Below are positions 59,702-64,000 of a stretch of 64,000 bases of DNA, one piece after another; within the stretch, counting starts at the first letter, position 1; each line of letters opens with the position of its first letter. Location of the stretch: assembly GCF_044704955.1 (NCBI RefSeq), contig NW_027252026.1, positions 496,001 to 560,000 on the forward strand. Reading direction: 5' to 3'. Made by a program: the position numbers and the translations under genes. The notes under the pieces are model-generated. The model saw only the letters and a program-made list of their open reading frames with translations, was not told the DNA's origin and searched no databases. Source of the DNA: Pristiophorus japonicus (lineage: Eukaryota).

Positions 59702-61830
59702 CTACGACCCGGGCCTTTTATGGTTCCTTGGTGGTGTGTAAGGAGGCGACCACAGCGTTCTCTGCCGTGGGATCTTGCTATTCCTCCTAACCACCACCAC
59801 CACGGGCTCTTCACTGTCCCAAACTATGGGAGGAAGGCCTGCGTCCACCATGCTGTTTATAGCGCCTTGGTGCTTCTTTCTGTTTCTCGCTCTTTCCCCC
59901 GGGTTAAACAACTTGCACTGGTTCACATGGAACCACTTTGTGCGCTTCGGAAGCTTAACCGCGTACACCATGGGACTGGCCTTATCTACGATGCTGTAGG
60001 GTCCCATGTACAAAGGCTCACACGTGTCCACCTGAACGTAATTGTGGACCATGACCTGATCCCCGACCTTCCATCGTGGGTTCTCCGGGACTCGAGCACC
60101 AACTGATTGTCCAGTGCTGCTTCCCCATGTTGCTAGCAGCTTGACAATGAATCTGTTTCAAGTGTTCGAACAGATCCTTGACAAACTTGTCCCGGTTTAG
60201 CTCTCTCACCTGCCCCGCTGTGAGAACCAGCGCCAGAACATGGGTGGGGGGGCACATGACCCGACCAGTCATCAGCTCATATGGGGAATACCCTGTGCTT
60301 CTGGAGAGGCTGGCTCGGACCCCCATCAGGTCAAACGGCAGGACTTCAAACCACTTTTTCGGGGACTGTCCTGTTTCCTTCTGCAGCCTTTCTTTGGTGG
60401 TCCGATTAAGTCGCTCCACAACCCCCGATGACTGTGGGTTGTGAGCCACATGCCATTTCCCTTCTATCCCGAGCCATTTCAAGATAGCCTGCATGACCTG
60501 CCCTGTGAAGTGGCTCCCTTGGTCGGACTCCACGATCTGTGGCAGTCCACACCTAGAGAACACTTCCCTCACCAAGATCCTTGCCGGCGCCAACGCCGTG
60601 GCTGATCAGCTAGGGAAGACTTCAACCCACTTCGAGAAAACTTCCACTAGGACCAAACAGTACTTGTAACCACCCTTTGTGGTGGGCAATGGTCCGATGT
60701 AATCGACCTGTACTGACTGCCGTGGTCTCTCTGCCCTTCTCGTGTGTCCCATGGGAACCTTTCCTTTCTGGGGATCGAGGTTGTTTGCTGAGCACACCAC
60801 CAGTCTGCGCAAAAATCGCTGACATCCTCCCTCAGTTGTGGCCACCACCCTGCCTGTTCTACCCTCTGCCAGGTAGTCTCCAGCCCTGGGTGTCCCGCTC
60901 TTGGGCCCCCGTGGGCTATCTGGAGGAATTCCCTCTGGTGCTGTTCTGGAACCACCCACTGATCTCCCCTGAAAAGCATTCCCTCCTTTAAAGTAATGGC
61001 CACTACCCCGAACGGGCCTTCTACCTTTTCTCCCCTAGCCAGCTGCTCCAGGACAACTTTGAGGACGGGATCCTGTGTCTGGACTTTCCTCAAGTCCGGA
61101 TCCAATGCTACCCCTTCACTCCCTTGTGTTCCCCCTTTGTCCTGGATCGCTGCTACTGGGCTGGACCCATATGGGTCCCAAAACTCTCCTGTTTTGGCTC
61201 CCTCCTTGGCTAACCCGTCAGCCTTTTGCTTGCCTTCCCCTCTGGGCTCTGTCTTGGAATGGGCCTTTACTTTATGAGTGTTCTCGAAGATCCTTTGTAA
61301 CAGTGGTTTGGTTGCTAAGAGCTTCCCGTCTGCGGATGTGAAACCGCGACGAGACCAGATGGCCAAGTGTTCGGTGCACGAATTGCATGTGAACGTGGAA
61401 TCCGAGCAGATGGTGTATGGGGTCGGGAACTCGCCGGCGTGGGTAACGACAGACACCACTGCCGACAGTTCGACGTGCTGGGCTCTCAGGGTGCTCGGGA
61501 GTTTAATGGCCCTTGCAATGCCTGCCGTCAGGTCATAAATCCCACACCCGGTGAAACACTCCCCTGCTACCACCGAACTGGATCTGTCGACATATATTTC
61601 ACGGCCCGTGGGGTGTAACCCGGCCTGAAATCCTATGTCTACGTCCCATATTCCCTCTACCATACACTTATGGGCCGCCCCTGCATCGATCATGTTAGCT
61701 GCCAGCTTGGGCTCACACAGGCCTTACACTCTCAGATGCATTTGTGAGAGCGATAAAATCCAGCGAGCAATGTGAGCACTGCTCACCGTGCCGTCCTTTA
61801 TCCTCCCATCTAATAACGTCTGAGTCGGGG
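59702..61830 (-). pseudogene. pol: Retroviral-type pol 3' half: tether, RNase H, integrase
   Basis: IARWILSL (tether); IYVD/AQHVEL/CSDS/KVKAH (RNase H); H..H..C, VDYIGPLP, ESDQGSHF, PQSSGVVERLN, GPY (integrase). Confidence 0.9.
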
Positions 61831-62395
61831 GTACCTGCCCTGGGAGTGTTTGATGGGACAGTGTAGAGGGAGCTTTACTCTGTATCTAATCCTGTGCTGT
61901 ACCTGCCCTGGGAGTGTTTGATGGGACAGTGTAGAGGGAGCTTTACTCTGTATCTAACCCCCTGTACCTGCCCTGGGAGTGTTTGATGGGACAGTGTAGA
62001 GGGAGCTTTACTCTGTATCTAACCCCCTGTACCTGCCCTGGGAGTGTTTAATGGGACAGTGTAGAGGGAGCTTTACTCTGTATCTAACCCCCTGTACCTG
62101 CCCTGGGAGTGTTTAATGGGACAGTGTAGAGGGAGCTTTACTCTGTATCTAACCCGTGCTGTACCTGCCCTGGGAGTGTTTGATGGGACAGTGTAGAGGG
62201 AGCTTTACTCTGTATCTAACCCCGTGCTGTACCTGCCCTGGGAGTGTTTGATGGGACAGTGTAGAGGGAGCTTTACTCTGTATCTAATCCGTGCTGTACC
62301 TGCCCTGGGTCTGTTTGATGGGACAGTGTCGAAGTAGCTTTTCTCTGTATCTAAACCCCTGTACATGCCCTGGGAGTGTTTCATGGGACAGAGTA
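61831..62395 (+). repeat. ~60-bp minisatellite, about 9 copies
   Basis: Unit gtacctgccctgggagtgtttgatgggacagtgtagagggagctttactctgtatctaaccc(gtgct). Confidence 0.97.
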
Positions 62396-63293
62396 CATGG
62401 GATGCCATTGAGGAGCACTTTCATCATTATCGATGGCATTCTGGTATATGAACTGTATATGTGCTCCTCAATGGCATCACATGTACTTCAGCTTCCAGCG
62501 ATTTACCCCAGTATTCATTTGGCCTCGTAGGGCTTACATCGGGCCCGTCCTCCTCGTACTTCAACCTGGCTGCAGGCTTCCTGCACATACGCACCAAGTG
62601 ACCGCTGACGTTGCAGTTTCTGCAGGTGTATTGCTGATACCTGCAAGCTCTGGCTGGGTGTTTGCCTCCACACCTCCAGCATGAGCTGGAGGCCCCGTTG
62701 TTGGAAACAAAAGGTCCATTACCAGTCGATCGTCTCTGGCTGTCTTTGTAAATGTCCTTAAGCGCACCATTAACAGGTGTTAATGGCCCCATTACTGCCA
62801 CATTGTCCATTGCGATGGAATCGCCGTTCAGCTAGTCATTGTCTCTGTTGAATTCCCCCTTTGAGTTCGACTACATGCTGGGGCATGTCCAATTGCCCCT
62901 GCCTGCCTGGAGAACTGTGTGCCGCGTTAACAATGTTGACTCCCTGGTCGTTTGCCACAATTGAGCCAAGATTTTTGCCATAAATCATTCTGGTCTCTTC
63001 CTCCCCTGAGATAATTGTCTGGGCTATCAGAGCTGCCGCTTCCAAGGTCAAGTCTTTGGTGTCAATCAGTTTCCTGAAAATCCCAGCGTGCCCGATGCCC
63101 TCAATAAAAAAGTCTCGCAGCATCTCCGCTCTGCATACATCTGGGAACTTACATAGGCTCGCCAGTCGCCAGAGATCTGCCACGAAGTCTGGAACGTTTT
63201 GCCATTCTCGCCACCGGTGTGTGTAAAACCAGTGTCTCGCCATGTGCATGCTGCTCGCCGGTTTAAGGTGTTCCCTGATCAACTTACTGAGCT
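62396..63293 (-). mobile_element. gag: Ty3/Gypsy gag fragment
   Basis: HLKPASS...ARHWFY...DFVADL.RLA..CKF...LRDFFIEGI; double knuckle CWRCGGKH...C and CRNCNVSGHLVRMC. Confidence 0.85.
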
Positions 63294-63766
63294 CTACATG
63301 ACATAGAGTTTACTCCACCACAGGTGACCGAACACCGGAACCAAGTGGAGGAGAGCCCAGTCACTGTGGGCAGTCCGGACAGGCCTGAGGCACCACAAAC
63401 AGCAGACACTCAAGCCAGCGCCCAACAACCGGAGCCCCAACTCAGGCGCTCTACAAGGGAATGTAAACCACCAGAGAGACTTAACCTGTGATCCCAATAA
63501 GACTTTGCTGGGGAGGTGATGTCATGTATTCAACTATCATTGTAACCCATGTACAAGTTGACCTAAGTTGTACACCTTGAGAACATTGGCCACAAGGGGG
63601 TGAACTTATGGGAGACACTCCTAACCTGGACTTTCAGGTATAAAAGGGGAAGCTCCACCCACCTTCCTCACTCGAGGTCTTGGTAATAAAGGTAACTGGT
63701 CACAGAGTGACCTTCTCTCAAGTATGGGCCTCGTGTGCATTTATACTGTATAGTAAGGACATATCA
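63294..63766 (+). mobile_element. Ty3/Gypsy 3' end: integrase tail, PPT and 250-bp LTR (63517-63766)
   Basis: LRRSTRECKPPERLNL*; GGGGAGG; TGATGTC...GACATATCA with TATAAAA and AATAAA. Confidence 0.85.
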
Positions 63767-64000
63767 CATACTGTGCAGAAAGAGACCATGTAGGGTGCCC
63801 CAGATGTCTATATCGATGGGTCCTCATATTACATTGAAGGATCCCCCACACCGGGTATGCTGTGGTATTGCCAGAAAGAACCATCCAGCGAAGATGCAAT
63901 AAACAGTCCTCACAATATGCAGAAATCGCTGCACTTCTAACCGCTGTGAAGGAAACCACAGATAGACCCGTGACTATTTGGTCTGATATGCCTATTTATA
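63767..64000 (+). pseudogene. pol: Retroviral-type RNase H fragment (a further element, runs off the window)
   Basis: VYIDGSS...TGYAVV...SSQYAEIAAL...VTIWSD with one frameshift. Confidence 0.8.

Noticed and set aside
13534-61830. The gag fragment (13.5-20.3 kb) and the pol-env fragment (57.5-61.8 kb) as one provirus
   Set aside because: Wrong order for the minus strand, and the LTRs differ in termini, length and sequence.

Overview
Eukaryotic, almost entirely repeat-derived DNA. It is probably from a cartilaginous fish (inference from CR1/HER1-type LINEs with (CATAGAAA)n/(CATAAGAA)n tails and a 60-bp minisatellite I associate with sharks). No intact host gene is visible. The only host-like coding remnant is an Ig V-set exon with an attached J-like motif at the left edge. 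Main contents, left to right: (1) a young but internally deleted class I (gamma/epsilon-like) endogenous retrovirus at 4969-13533, with a tRNA-Leu PBS, a UGA-CUA gag/pol junction, a 2H-phosphoesterase-like insert between protease and RT, and a largely open env; (2) two fragments of lokiretrovirus-like elements, one with a coiled-coil gag and ~1.5-kb LTR (13.5-20.3 kb) and one with RNase H-integrase, a non-gamma Cys-rich env and an ORF-bearing ~1-kb LTR (57.5-61.8 kb); (3) Harbinger DNA transposon remnants, one carrying a 2.1-kb decamer satellite in its subterminal region; (4) a ~880-bp tandem module with two hairpins and repeated splice signals (28-37 kb); (5) a tRNA-Arg/5S chimeric insert in a LINE; (6) a ~2.03-kb tandem array of inverted RTE fragments with an alternating 28-bp micro-inversion; (7) RTE 5' ends with an HDV-like ribozyme fold; (8) Tx1, DIRS and Gypsy relics. 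All calls come from reading the sequence by eye. No searches or folding programs were run, and many boundaries are approximate.
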